A stretch of 63,609 nt of DNA, the filler included, from Craspedostauros australis (Eukaryota): NCBI GenBank assembly GCA_030167865.1. It is 11 parts of 11 records of this genome, joined end to end, with 100 filler letters (N's around TTAATTAATTAA, not from the genome) between each part and the next. Parts side by side here need not be neighbours in the genome. Positions count along the whole stretch, not along the records: positions 29,149 to 59,447 come from JALAGF010005038.1; positions 59,548 to 60,855 come from JALAGF010005040.1; positions 60,956 to 63,609 come from JALAGF010005043.1; 8 more parts are not named here. The stretch is one strand, 5' to 3'. The notes under the pieces are model-generated. The model searched no databases and was not told where the DNA came from. It saw nothing but the letters and a program-made list of their open reading frames with translations. How positions within the stretch are numbered: the first letter of the stretch is position 1; the number at the start of each line of letters is the position of its first letter. A program made the position numbers and the translations under genes. This document shows, in pieces, positions 51,714-63,366 of the stretch.

Positions 51714-54700
51714 TCACTCCCTAGGGATGCAGACGTCATCTCGGTCGCAACACTGTGTGCAGCATGCACACTCGGTCTCCGGAGGCAGGATGCCGTCGTC
51801 CGGTTCCTTGCAGTCTGAACTAAACAAAGAGAATTGGAATGATCCATCGCAGAACACATCGGTGAGGTTGCCCGTGATCGAATTGTTCTCCAATTCAAGG
51901 CTGTGCAAATTCGTCAGATTCCCCCATTGGGGCGGGACCTCCCCGTTGATGGAGTTTACTGAAACGGAGATGGCACCAAGCTGGGACAGATCACCAATTT
52001 CGAATGGCAACGCGCCTGTGAGCTCATTGTTGTTGAGGTAGAGCTCCTCCAGTGCCAACAACTTCCCGAGCTCTGATGGGATTTTCTCCTCGATGGAGTT
52101 GGAGCTGAGATCGAGGAGTCTGAGACTCGAAAGGTCTCCATATTCCGTCGGGATCGTGCCATACATGAGGTTAGACGAGAGGTTGAGTTCCTCCAGCCAA
52201 GCCAGCTTTCCAATTTCTGTCGGGAGGAACCCCGAGATGAAATTGCCGGAGCAATCGAAGATGGTCAAGTTTTCGAAAAGAGCAATCTCGGAGGGAAGCT
52301 GGTCAGCGTCCACGTTTGAGTCTGAGAGGATGATGGAGGTGACGCAGCCCTCGGCGTCGCATTGGATACCTTCTTCCCCATTCCACCATTCGCAAACGGA
52401 TGAAGGCAACAGCACAGGAGCAGTCGTTTTCCAACGCCCAAAGAGGGTAGTGGCATAGTAGAACACAACCAAGGCGTATCGCTCCACGACCACCTCATCT
52501 GTTGTGTTGGCGAGGTCGAGATCGAAGCTGTCGACATCTGCCAACCAGTACAGGGCACGGTATTGCGGGCTTCCGATATCATTGAACACCCACGGGTCCG
52601 TAAAGATTGGATCGCCCTGCAGATGTGGTTCCAATATGGCGAGTATGTTGTCCATCTTCTCGACATTCAAGATGGGACACTCTGTCCCAGTGTTGCAGCA
52701 GTTGTCCATGGCGTCGCAGCAGTTCAAGCAGCAGAAACATGTCGTTTCTGCTGGAATCCCACCATCGTCAGTGGCAATGCAATCTGAGTAGAAGTCATAA
52801 AGGTTGGGATGCGAGCCTGAGCAAAAGATTGGATTCAGGTTGCCCTGCAACTCGGTTTTCTCCATAGCAAGACTCTTCAGGTTGGTAAGCTGGCCCCACT
52901 CGGTTGGGACTGTCCCATTGAATCCGTTCTGAAAGATCCGCAGGTTGGTCAGGGCTTGCATCTGACCGACCTCGGTGGGCAAAGCGCCTGTCAGGGAGTT
53001 TCTGGAGATATCCAGCCACTGAAGTAGTCGTAGGTTGCCAATCTCGGACGGAAGCGTGCCGGTGAAACCGATGTTACCAAATCGAGCTTCCGTCAAGTTG
53101 GTCAGACGGCCGATCTCCGTGGGCATCGGGCCGGACATTGGGAGGAAGTCTATCGCGAGGTCCATCAAGTTTGATAATAGACCAATTTCGGTTGGCATTG
53201 TTCCAGTGATGACGTTGTTGACGATGTACAAGCTGGTGAGCTGTTCGAGGAGGAAGAGCTCTTTCGGAATGGCGCCAGCCATGAAGTTGGACTCAAACCT
53301 TGCTTCAGTCACCCTGCCAGCTTCGTCACACGAAACAATGCCGCTGAAACTGTCAGCAATGACACCAACCCATTCGCAGACGCTGCTGTTGGTAAGAAAA
53401 TTGAATTTGTTCCCCCACTTGTCCTCGCCTCCGGTCGTGTAGTACAGAACGGCGAGTGCGTAGCGTTCGAGGAGTTCGGATGTGGGCGCGGAGGCCAGGT
53501 CGATCTTTGCGACGTCTTGATTTGCGAGCCAATCTAATGCTCTGTACTGTGTGGTGGATCGGTCCTCCAGTACGTCGCGCCCGGTGTTTGCCGGTTCACC
53601 TTCCAGTATCTGCGCCAGACGATTTACGAGCGTGTCGAATTCTGCGGTCTGCGGTGTGAAGGTCGGCCTCGATGATGCGATGGGAGTTGCGGTTGGTGCC
53701 GACGTCACGAGCGATCCGTTGTCGGCATTGGAGGAGTTGTTGGAGTTACGACCTGACAGTGTCACGCCGATTGCAGTGCCGATCCCTGCCAACACCAAAG
53801 CAACGAAGAAGCTAATGGACCTCCTGCGCCTGCTTTGACTGCCGGAGTTGCCGTTTTCGTCGTCCTTAGTGACCTCCACCGCTTCGGCGGTGACAACTGT
53901 GCCACTCGCAACAGTGCTGCCGCCATTGCGCGTTTTCTCCAAGCGCATGCGCTCCTGTATCTGCGCCTCCGTGCGCTCCTGTACCTGCGCCTCCATGCGC
54001 TCCTCGAACTCCTTCTCGAGACGCTCCTTGACACGATCCGCCACGTCCTCCTCGGTTGGAGCCAGCTGGGCTGTGATGGGGGTGGCGATCGTGGACAGGC
54101 CTTCGGTGTGGTCCATGGTGAAGACGGAGACGTCGGAAGGCGCATTCTGACGCACCTCCGAGACCGGTGGCGCGTGAGATGGATCCGTGGAGAAGGTGGA
54201 GGCTGTGGACGGGCGCAAGTTGTCGACAATTGAAGTGGCGCCTGGTTGGCTCGGGACGGTCTGAGGCGGGTCATCCGTTGGCTGCAATAGTTCCTCATCA
54301 TCCTCCTCCTCCTTCGTTTCATCTGAGTTGCGATTGGGCATAGCGGCCCTGCTGGGATTGGAACCCCGTTGCGGCGACCGCGTGCCTCTGGGGTATCCAA
54401 GCTTGCTCCTCTCGTGGATGCCTGTGCCAGCGACGGCCCGTGTGCCAATGGATGCCTCGGTGGTCCTGAGGGACGTAGGGATAGCCCCGACCTTCTGCGA
54501 CATCGTGTACGCTGCATTGGACGCATTGGAAGCTTCGATGTCTTCCATTGATGCGTCGACGCCCGAAACTGACACGGCTCCTGGTCGCAGCAGTGGCGGA
54601 GGCGGAACGACTGATGCTGATCCTGACACTCGCAACTGCATTGTATTGCGTTGCTCCGATCCAATGGGGGAGAAGAATCCGCTGGAGTTGGAGGACACGC

Positions 54701-54968
54701 TGCTGGGTGAGAGCAGACCAGCAGCACGTTGCGCTCCAGCCCTGACCTTTGCCTTGGCATCATCGTCGGCGGTAGAGTTGGTCCTGGTCGGTGCACCGCT
54801 ACGGCGTTGTCTATCTCGGGATCGACCGATGCGGACCTCCCGGCGGTGGGCTGCAGGCTTTCTGTCGTCAGAAACACTGGCGGCGCCATCGTTGTCTTCC
54901 TTCTCCATCACGCCAATGCGTCCTTTGTCATCGCCGGGGCTTCTTGGTGGTGGCTTGCGGTCGTCCAT
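51714..54968 (-). CDS. LRR receptor-like type II membrane protein, two cap+LRR modules, no kinase domain, 1084 aa
   Basis: Disordered N-terminus, TM SISFFVALVLAGIGTAIGV, two caps QYRAL.WLA..D..ERYAL..YY.T..W..VCEW..C, plant-type LxxLxLxxNxLxGxIPxEIG repeats, Cys-rich C.CC..CC ends. Confidence 0.92.
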   Translation of the reverse strand: MDDRKPPPRSPGDDKGRIGVMEKEDNDGAASVSDDRKPAAHRREVRIGRSRDRQRRSGAPTRTNSTADDDAKAKVRAGAQRAAGLLSPSSVSSNSSGFFSPIGSEQRNTMQLRVSGSASVVPPPPLLRPGAVSVSGVDASMEDIEASNASNAAYTMSQKVGAIPTSLRTTEASIGTRAVAGTGIHERSKLGYPRGTRSPQRGSNPSRAAMPNRNSDETKEEEDDEELLQPTDDPPQTVPSQPGATSIVDNLRPSTASTFSTDPSHAPPVSEVRQNAPSDVSVFTMDHTEGLSTIATPITAQLAPTEEDVADRVKERLEKEFEERMEAQVQERTEAQIQERMRLEKTRNGGSTVASGTVVTAEAVEVTKDDENGNSGSQSRRRRSISFFVALVLAGIGTAIGVTLSGRNSNNSSNADNGSLVTSAPTATPIASSRPTFTPQTAEFDTLVNRLAQILEGEPANTGRDVLEDRSTTQYRALDWLANQDVAKIDLASAPTSELLERYALAVLYYTTGGEDKWGNKFNFLTNSSVCEWVGVIADSFSGIVSCDEAGRVTEARFESNFMAGAIPKELFLLEQLTSLYIVNNVITGTMPTEIGLLSNLMDLAIDFLPMSGPMPTEIGRLTNLTEARFGNIGFTGTLPSEIGNLRLLQWLDISRNSLTGALPTEVGQMQALTNLRIFQNGFNGTVPTEWGQLTNLKSLAMEKTELQGNLNPIFCSGSHPNLYDFYSDCIATDDGGIPAETTCFCCLNCCDAMDNCCNTGTECPILNVEKMDNILAILEPHLQGDPIFTDPWVFNDIGSPQYRALYWLADVDSFDLDLANTTDEVVVERYALVVFYYATTLFGRWKTTAPVLLPSSVCEWWNGEEGIQCDAEGCVTSIILSDSNVDADQLPSEIALFENLTIFDCSGNFISGFLPTEIGKLAWLEELNLSSNLMYGTIPTEYGDLSSLRLLDLSSNSIEEKIPSELGKLLALEELYLNNNELTGALPFEIGDLSQLGAISVSVNSINGEVPPQWGNLTNLHSLELENNSITGNLTDVFCDGSFQFSLFSSDCKEPDDGILPPETECACCTQCCDRDDVCIPRE

Positions 54969-55715
54969 CACAGTGGCGTCTAACAAGGGGAGTTCAGTGG
55001 AGTTTAGCGGAGCGAAGTTGAGTTCTGTCCTTCGTCGTTGATGGTGGAGGTCGTTGTTGTCGTTGTTGTTGGTGTTGTTGTTGATGTTGTGGGATGAAGA
55101 ATCTTCTCATCTCAGTTGTGCTGGAGCCACAACCAAATGCCATCCACGGAGAGTTCGAGGCTCTTCGCACAAACGTTGTTGGTCCGCAGAAGGATTGTGG
55201 GTTGTTGTGGGTTGTTGTTTCGTCCTTCCATGTTTGTGGTGGCATCATCCATGTCGGTATCAATTGGTTGTGGCCGAACATTGCCATCATCCACAAGTCG
55301 CTCGTACTACCTGTAGCCTACGCCATACTTGTAAGATCAATGGGTTGAAACACGATCAGAGACGAAAGAGAAGCGTCTCAGTGGCTTCACTTTCCCTCCC
55401 TCCTTGGACACACGAATCATCACACCACCGAATCAAGAATTGTTTCGCCCAAATGACAAACAAACAGAGGCGGTTCCAAATATAATTACTCCAGGGGCAT
55501 GAATGTGTGAGTCGCTTTCGGTATCTTATCAAAGGCAGTGGAGACCACTCGATACAGACATACGATTGTCGTGATACTATTCAACATGGAAACAACAGTT
55601 CGAGACACCCTCGTCGCGATTCTTGTCGGTCGTTTTGTCGGACATTGTTCGACACAATGTGATACCCGGTCAACTAGTGTTCGTGAAAGTACAAGACGAA
55701 CTATCCCTTCGTGAC

Positions 55716-56000
55716 CTAAGACCCACTTGAGTGACGGGACCTGCAGTCCGTCCTGGAGGGGTGGCAACATACGGGACTTTCGACCAAACCACTCACATAT
55801 CCATAAACTAGAAGATATAACACGCAGAGTGAACGTCTATATTGCTTTAATGTTATATTCTAAGTTTTATGGACCTTTGTATATTTACGGTCCTCTTGGT
55901 CGAATGTGCACGCTGCTCCGTGATGACAGAACGACATTTATTAGTTTTTTCGACGCAAACAACACAATGTGCGCAGACACGTTAGGGAAAGAACTTTTTT
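55716..56000. repeat. Third copy of the DNA transposon terminus, inverted relative to 51317-51601
   Basis: TAAGACCCACTTGAGTGACGGGACCTGCAGTC...GGACCTTTGTATATTTACGGTCCTCTTGGTCGAAT...ATGTGCGCAGACACGTT is the reverse complement of 51317-51601 over ~285 bp. Confidence 0.85.
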
Positions 56001-56410
56001 AGAATGAATTCTGATGCTTGCAAGCTGGTAGGTGCTGCAAAGGAGAGACCTCAAGACACACAGAAGACGATCCTATCTAGCGTTAGTGGCTGTTGTTGTT
56101 GTTGTTGCTGCTGTTTCGAGCTGTGGTCCTCGAAACTGTGTGTTCTCTCCTGCTCTGACAGGATTCTGTTGCTGACACATGCTCACGTACGAAACTGCTA
56201 CACCGTTGGCGCGTAGGAGTCATTGCACAAGACCAGATGACTGCAACGGTCGACTGACAGACGGTACGACCCGTATGATCCCAAACTCGTTCTGTCCCCT
56301 CGTTGTGTAGACACTTGTCGATCCCCTGGACCGCCCTCTGTGTCTGCCCGACGTCCCCGGTTTTGGCGCGTAGGAAAACGGCATTTTGCCTCCTAAAAAC
56401 CTCACGCATC

Positions 56411-56516
56411 GCGACTCGGTTTGCGACTCGGATTGCGACTCTGTGCGCGACTCTGTATGCGACTCTGTATGCGACTCTGTGTGCGACTCTGTGCGTAGAT
56501 TTGCATGTGACTCTGT
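56411..56516 (+). repeat. 12-bp tandem repeat (GCGACTCTGTRT) in the Copia 3' UTR
   Basis: About 7-8 units between the pol stop and the putative polypurine tract (ACAACGAGGGGA on minus, ~56291-56306). Confidence 0.85.
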
Positions 56517-56527
56517 TGGCTATCTCG

Positions 56528-58315
56528 TTAGTACAAGAATCAACCAAGCAGCATCTCATGCTTCGGGGCTGCCATTGTCTTCATGAATATGTCCGCCAGG
56601 TTTGTCATGGTATCCTCTTTCGCTATGCGAATGATACCGCTGGCAATAGCCTCTCAGCATCGGTGGTAGGAGATGCTGTGGTGCTTCTTCGACAGTGTCG
56701 AGTGGGGTGTTGATGCATTCTTGAAGACTGCCTCGTTGTCGCAGAACATATTTTTCGGTCCCTCGATAGGTACCCCAAACATGCGCAGCTTGTATCAAAG
56801 CGACGACACCATCTCCACTGTGAGCCTCATCGCAGTGAACTCTGACCCAAAGGTAGAGGTCTCCACCGAGTTCTGCCTCTTGCTGTACCATAGAACCGGT
56901 GCACGATTCAGGAAGATTAGTATCCCCGTTTGCGATCGCCTTGTCGCCTTGTCAGCTGCGTGGTTGGCATCCATGAAGCAATGTGTCGATGCTGTGTTGC
57001 CTCTGGGCTCTGGCATGTCCATTGGCATGGCTTCCTCAGCATCGCGGTAGAAGTCCTCNNNNNNNNNNNNNNNNNNNNNNNNNNNNNNNNNNNNNNNNNN
57101 NNNNNNNNNNNNNNNNNNNNNNNNNNNNNNNNNNNNGTCTTCTGATATCCTGGGGTGATCAGGGTCCATCAGCATCGTTCGTCGCGAAGTGTTCTTCAGG
57201 TATCCGAAGATGTGGTAAGCCTGCTCGAGATGTCCGACCCATGGCATGGCAAGGTGGGATGACAGCAGTGACACTTCCAGCAAGATGTCGACTCTGCCAA
57301 TCTCAATTGCCCATCGCAGCACTCCGATCAGCTCCTGGAACCGCCGCAATCCATCTGCTTTGAGTTCTGGCGTCTCATCTTCGGCTGGATGGTAGCTGCA
57401 AGTGAATGGTGTCCGGCATCCTGATGGTAGTCGTAGTCCTTGCTTGTCCAGCTTCTCCTCGACGTTCTCGATGGCTGCCTTGCAGTATTTCTCCGATGAC
57501 ACACTCCAACACCGCATGCCGTGTTCATTGCTCTTCTGACTGAGTGATGCACCAAGATACATGTCTGGCGGCTCAACCTTGCCCCCTTTCAATTTGACGA
57601 CAGAAGCAACACCATCAATGACCTCTCTGGGCATATGGCTCATCGCCATCACATCGTCAACATAGCAAAGCACGATCTTGTAGTATTCGAAACCGTTGGG
57701 TTTGGTAACCGCTCGTAGCCATACGTCTGGATCAGCCTTCGATGATCGGAATGAGCTGTCATGAAGTACACCTGCCAATTTGGCCCAAAATGCTGCTCCG
57801 GAGGACTTCAACCCGTACAGAGCTTTGCGCACAAGCATGATCTGTTCTTCCTCAGCAGCAAACTCTGGTCCTGCCCTGGTCTAGACCTTCTCTTGGCAGT
57901 CTGCTGTCAGGTATGCATTCTGGATGTCACATGCCAGTACCTCCAGGTTGTTCATCGCAGCAATGGTCAACGCAATCCGCATTGAGTCCCTGGATACCAC
58001 TGACGAATATGTGATGGATGATGGTGTTGTGGTCTTGTGTCCCCCAGCCACGAGCCTTGCCTTCTGTCGGAAGTTCTTGCTCAGCTTCACATCGAATATC
58101 AAATGACACTCGATCTGCTGGTATCCCTTTGGTAGCTCCAACTTGTTGCCTTCGAATGCCTCGAATGCTGGTCGAACATTCTTCATCTCCTTCAGGATCG
58201 AATCCCACCAGAGAGTATTTCCGTTCTCCCGATCAATCGCCCTGGCTTCGTTGACCGTCTTGGGAACCCTGACCCCGTGCTTGTGCGTCCTGGACCAGTA
58301 CTTGGACTTGGTCTT
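56528..58315 (-). pseudogene. Copia RT-RNase H, 5'-truncated, with stops and frameshift
   Basis: KYWSRTHKHG, KARLVAGGH, CDIQNAYL, KALYGLKSSG, YVDD, MDANHAAD..TRRSQTG, STFGSEF, NLADIF; stops at 57881 and 56795. Confidence 0.93.
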
Positions 58316-58727
58316 GGAGGATGGGTCTTCTTTCAGCCATACCTCGGCGCACCAGGATTCGCCAAGATCATTGGCACCAAGTCCTTCCCAAACATTGATG
58401 GCTGCAAAGCCATCGAGATCATCCTGATCACCAACGGCTACGCTCCATACTATATCGCCTTCGGAGATGTTCTTCAGAAGCCCAATGCTCCAGTTCCACT
58501 CGAGTGGCGCGCCCGCATCCCCATCTATGCACCTGGCGAGCAGAGATACATCATCCCACTCGACGACTTCAGCAACGCCTGGGAATTTAGCAGCGGCAAG
58601 ATCATCTCCCCATGCTCTTCCGACCCCAGCTGCGCTGTCCAACATCCAGTTCATGGAGATCTGGGCTCAAGGCGTCCAAGGAGAGTTCGTCACTGATCTC
58701 TTCACCATCAAGGCAGTTGGTTGCTAA
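58316..58727 (+). pseudogene. 3' part of a CIA30-like domain gene, frameshifted and cut by the Copia element
   Basis: PYLGAPGF..FP..IPLDDFS.AW..SG..C, then in a shifted frame LSNIQFMEIWAQGVQGEF...IKAVGC*; resembles algal CIA30-family C-termini from memory. Confidence 0.6.
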
Positions 58728-59547
58728 ATTGACAGTCGCGGTCTACGCCCTCTTTGGATAGGGTTGTGGGCATAGATCCTGGTGCGCGAATGTAAGCAGA
58801 TTCTGCCAATGCCAACTGGATGATGATTGCAAACCTCCCACAGCACACAGAATTGGTTGGTTTCGTGCGGACTCACGAACAGCAGCAGCAATGTTCTTGC
58901 CTTTCGCGTGTCAACACTCCGCTATCAGTAATCATGTAAAGACCTAGTCTTTCACCACTCCTTCCTGTTCGATTTGGCGTACGACTACTGCACCTGGTTG
59001 TATGACCCCATTCGGGGTTCGTGAGTAGAATCGGGCGGATTTGACATCGTTATTGGAATCTGGGCTGATGGTAACGACTGTGGATGATCAGTGTGTGTGC
59101 TAACTGTGTTGTGTAGGGAATTATGAGGCATACCTCGCTNCTTTTGTTGTGTTTCGCTTTGTTCTGTTCCATCAGCGTTCGTGCACGTATTTCGATGTTT
59201 GCCTTCTCATTTCTCTCTGCTGTTGCGTCTTGATCGCTGCTGTGTGGTCGTCGTATCTTTTGTGTTTCCGATTCATGCGATCGTAGCTCCATGTCTCCGG
59301 CTCGTGCGGTCGTGGCTCCAATACGCCCCTTTATAACCTCACTTGTCAATGGGCACGTGAGGTTGTAATCCAGACACAGGGCAACTCACGTGTGCTTCTT
59401 TCAGCATGGGTAGTAGGCTCAGCTGGTTGTGGATCGTCCGGACAGTANNNNNNNNNNNNNNNNNNNNNNNNNNNNNNNNNNNNNNNNNNNNTTAATTAAT
59501 TAANNNNNNNNNNNNNNNNNNNNNNNNNNNNNNNNNNNNNNNNNNNN

Positions 59548-60855
59548 CGAGCCAATCATCCATGAAGTCAATCCACATTGTGAAGTCAGCTATGAGTACT
59601 GCTTCAACAAGAATGACATCATCAATCCATCTGGCGACGCAGCTGAAATGGGAACTGAGGCCATCGATATCAAGATAGAAGCTGCCAAGAATGCAAACGA
59701 CACAGACCCCAACAAGAACGAAGACGTCTCCGACGACGAGATGAACAGCAGCGAGGAACAACAGAACGGGCATCTTCGATGAAGATNNNNNNNNNNNNNN
59801 NNNNNNNNNNNNNNNNNNNNNNNNNNNNNNNNNNNNACCCCAACAAGAACGAAGACGTCTCCGACGACGAGATGAACAGCAGCGAGGAACAACAGAACGG
59901 GCATCTTCGATGAAGATAGCGGCGATGAATCAGAAAATGGATTCAACCCCGACGAGCGAGTCGCCTACCCAGCCGACGCCGCATTCGCACCGACTGCAGA
60001 GTTCAGAGGAACAAGAGTGACATACAGACTTGACATAACACCATGGGCCCCAGCAACAGCAGAGATCATGCAATGGCAGCTCATCCACGACGCTGTGATG
60101 ACAGCAGGCATGCATCTGTACTCAGACGATGCCAATGCGGGAGAGCGACACCTATGGGTGTGCGCGACAGCTACGATACTGTCCAAGAGCTTCCGATCAA
60201 TCGAAGAGATTCTCGCCAACGGATCGGTCATCAACCGATTGTTGGGGGAGTACAACAACAATTCAATTTCCGACATGGCCATGTACTACATCCTTGGAGG
60301 ATGTATGCTGGTACTCCTGCGCGAGCGACCACGAGTCACGCCATACGATCTGGCGACAGGAACTCATCAAGAAGACACGACCCCATCAGCGGTCGGAGAA
60401 CCATACTTCGACCGCGTGAACCACGGCATGGACGACGGGAACGAGGATGCCAACGATGAAGACTACAACAATGACATAGCAGCGGCCGCCATGGAGCAGC
60501 TCCACGAGCTGAGCACCAAGCACAAAGACAAGGTCAACAAGGACACCTGGCTTGCTGACAGCGGAGCCTCGTGTCACATCGTGAACTCCGACGCCGTCTT
60601 CAACATGCAGCACATCAAGTCCTTCATACAAGTGGGAGACAGCACGAAACTGGACTCTCCCAAGATGGGCTCCATCAGGTTACAGGTCAAGCAACAAGAC
60701 AACACAGGTCACATCATCTGACTTGACCATGTGAAGTACACGCCCAAGATAGCAGTGAGCTTATTCTCAACAACAAGGCTCTGTACAACGGTTACCAGCT
60801 TGGTAACAATGGCATTCTGATGGACATCATCAACGGATCCGGAACGAAGATCGTG
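59548..60855 (+). pseudogene. Second copy of the Copia Gag insertion and protease region
   Basis: EPIIHEVNP..EVSYE, FRSIEEILAN, WLADSGASCH; stop at 60719 and a later frameshift; homologous to 21952-23450. Confidence 0.9.
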
Positions 60856-61352
60856 NNNNNNNNNNNNNNNNNNNNNNNNNNNNNNNNNNNNNNNNNNNNT
60901 TAATTAATTAANNNNNNNNNNNNNNNNNNNNNNNNNNNNNNNNNNNNNNNNNNNNACCTCCTTTAGTGCACTCTTCAGGCTATCCATTGCAAAGGTGGTC
61001 TTTTTGCTGGTGGCAGCCTGCTTTGGTGCTGACTTCATGTTTTGACGTGTGTTGTTTGATGTTGGGGATGGCTGGGGCTCGCTTTCTGCCTCAGAAAACA
61101 CAATTCCGCCGTCGTCACTTTCCAGTTCTGTGTTCCCAAAGTAGTCACGTCCAGCTCGGGTACTGGTGTTGGGGGGACTGTTGATGCTTTCCCAATTGCG
61201 GCGGCTGGTGGGTGGTGGGCGAAGTGATTGTCCGGGGACGAAGTCTGTTGCGACAGCTCCAGCGATGCTCTGGCGCTCGGTTTCAGTGCTTGCGAGTGTC
61301 AANNNNNNNNNNNNNNNNNNNNNNNNNNNNNNNNNNNNNNNNNNNNNNNNNN

Positions 61353-62204
61353 TGGACACACTCATGATCCATGCCACTCAGCACATCAGTGAAAACACCA
61401 AAAGCAGACACAGTGGATGCTGCTGGGTGAGAAGGATCAGTTTGATTGGGAATTTCAAAGTAGTCAGTTGGCAGGAGGATGGATGGTGGAGCTGATACCT
61501 CCTTTAGTGCACTCTTCAGGCTATCCATTGCAAAGGTGGTCTTTTTGCTGGTGGCAGCCTGCTTTGGTGCTGACTTCATGGTTTGACGTGTGTTGTTTGA
61601 TGTTGGGGATGGCTGGGGCTCGCCTTCTGCCTCAGAAAGCACAATTCCGCCGTCGTCACTTTCAAATTCGGTGTTCCCAAAGTAGTCACGTCCAGCTCGG
61701 GTACTAGTGTTGGAGGGACTGTTGATGCTTTCCCAATTGCGGTGGCTGGTGGGTGGTGGGCGAAGTGATTGTCCGGGGACGAAGTCTGTTGCAACAGCTC
61801 CAGCGATGCTCTGGCGCTCAGTTTCGGTGCTCGCGAGTGTCAATCCGTAGCGGCGACCAAAGGAAGGAGAGAAGGCTGCAATGGGTGTGAGTGTGTGTGC
61901 ATGAAGTGAATGGCAGTGACTGAGACTGTGACCATGGCAATGACAGTGACAAGGCAGGTGCGCACTTACTCTTAGTTGGATCTCTGCCCCAGTGAACGTA
62001 GCGGTCCCAGACTTTTCCGTAGTTCTTCCGAAGCGTCTCCTTCTTGTACTTGCTCAGCCAACTGCGGTGATCCAAACAGAACTTGTCGAAGGTAGCGGCG
62101 TCGTAGGTGTTGTTGTGGAACAGTTGCACGAGGTAGCCAGCGTCCTCGCCTTCTCGTGACCAGTAGGCGCTCTTTGTTGGTTCGGGTGGGTGTTGGTCGT
62201 TCAT
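61353..62204 (-). CDS. Hypothetical protein, probable transposon accessory gene; exon 1 62204-61970, exon 2 61875 onward (3'-truncated)
   Basis: Phase-1 intron GTAAGT (61969)...TTGCAG (61876) joins the two ORFs in frame; a variant copy of exon 2 lies at 60956-61302. Confidence 0.65.
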
Positions 62205-62287
62205 TGTTGTGAGGTTGTTGTGAGGATGAACCGCAAAAACGACAACAACGACAGCAACAGTGACACCACCACGAACAACCGCACAGC

Positions 62288-62296
62288 AACATCATC

Positions 62297-62331
<35 letters not shown>

Positions 62332-62363
62332 CTTCATCATCATCATCATCATCATCAACAACA
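62288..62363 (+). repeat. Compound (AAC)n/(ATC)n microsatellite
   Basis: Direct inspection. Confidence 0.9.
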
Positions 62364-63366
62364 ACTCCACACTTGTGCAGTACTGTTCCTACACAAACAA
62401 ACAGCAAAGACCAGCCCCGACCAACTCAAACACAGCGACGAGCACCACAACTTGAGGCAGATCAAGACAGTCATGGCCAACCAACGAACATCGCTACAAA
62501 GCCCTGCAACTAAAACGGCTGTAACATTCATTTTATTCATTGATGTTTACATTAGTAGGTTACTATTAGATGTGTTTATCATGCAGCATGAAGATAGCAA
62601 TCAGTGGAGGTGTGGGGTGGGAAGCCCATCATCATCTGTTTGTTTTTGTTTTGAGCCGTTTTTGTGGGACCGCTCTCATTTTGTGGCGAGCATTGGCGGT
62701 GATGTTCCGCTACGTTCGTGATTTAGCTGAGGNGTGACAAAGAGTTCGGGAATGTTCCAACATGTTCAAAAATGTGCGGAGATGACGTCATCCGGAAAAG
62801 CCGACTGACGCCTGCTCATCGAATGACCATCTCTACGAGTGCTGCAGTACTTTTGTACGTAGCCCTGAAAATTGCAGCACACGACACGACTGGAATCTCC
62901 ATTCACGAGTTCCAAAAAGGTCAAAAATGTTACAACATGTTCCAACGTGTGCCAACGTCGTCGGAGAATGTCGAAGATGTTCTACTTTGTGCGACAATTG
63001 TCTGACTTGTTCCGTGGCGAAAAAATCCACCGCGNNNNNNNNNNNTTGGTGGGATCTGGAACGTCCCACGAATTTGGTGGAGAAACGAGCAACAACGAAC
63101 CGTCATTCTGCCCCGACTGGCATTCCCCAACTGTTGGCAGCGAGAAACTGTCGCCGTACAAGGATCACCGTGTTGTTTGTCTCGCGGCGCGAGTGTGGTG
63201 TTTTTTGCTGCGGAAGTGGACGCGCAACAGAAGGGGGGGAGGACCGAGCCAGCATGCCGACAACTCACCACCTTTTCTGCTGAAACTCGCACAAGCGACG
63301 CACCTGCACCAACACGAAGCAACCACGAAAGCAACAACAACCGATCCATTGCAACAAGCCATCAGC

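Noticed and set aside
53762..55041. Long alternative-frame and antisense ORFs over real genes (also over the lipase, SPO11, USP and gag)
   Set aside because: Shadow ORFs caused by GC-rich codon usage; no motifs.
57881..58654. 257-aa ORF as a novel RT fusion protein
   Set aside because: Its N-terminal half is the antisense of the CIA30-like fragment, and the RT part has a premature stop.
3844..60911. Recurrent TTAATTAATTAA motif within N runs (10 copies)
   Set aside because: Artificial six-frame-stop linker used to concatenate scaffolds; adjacency across it has no biological meaning.
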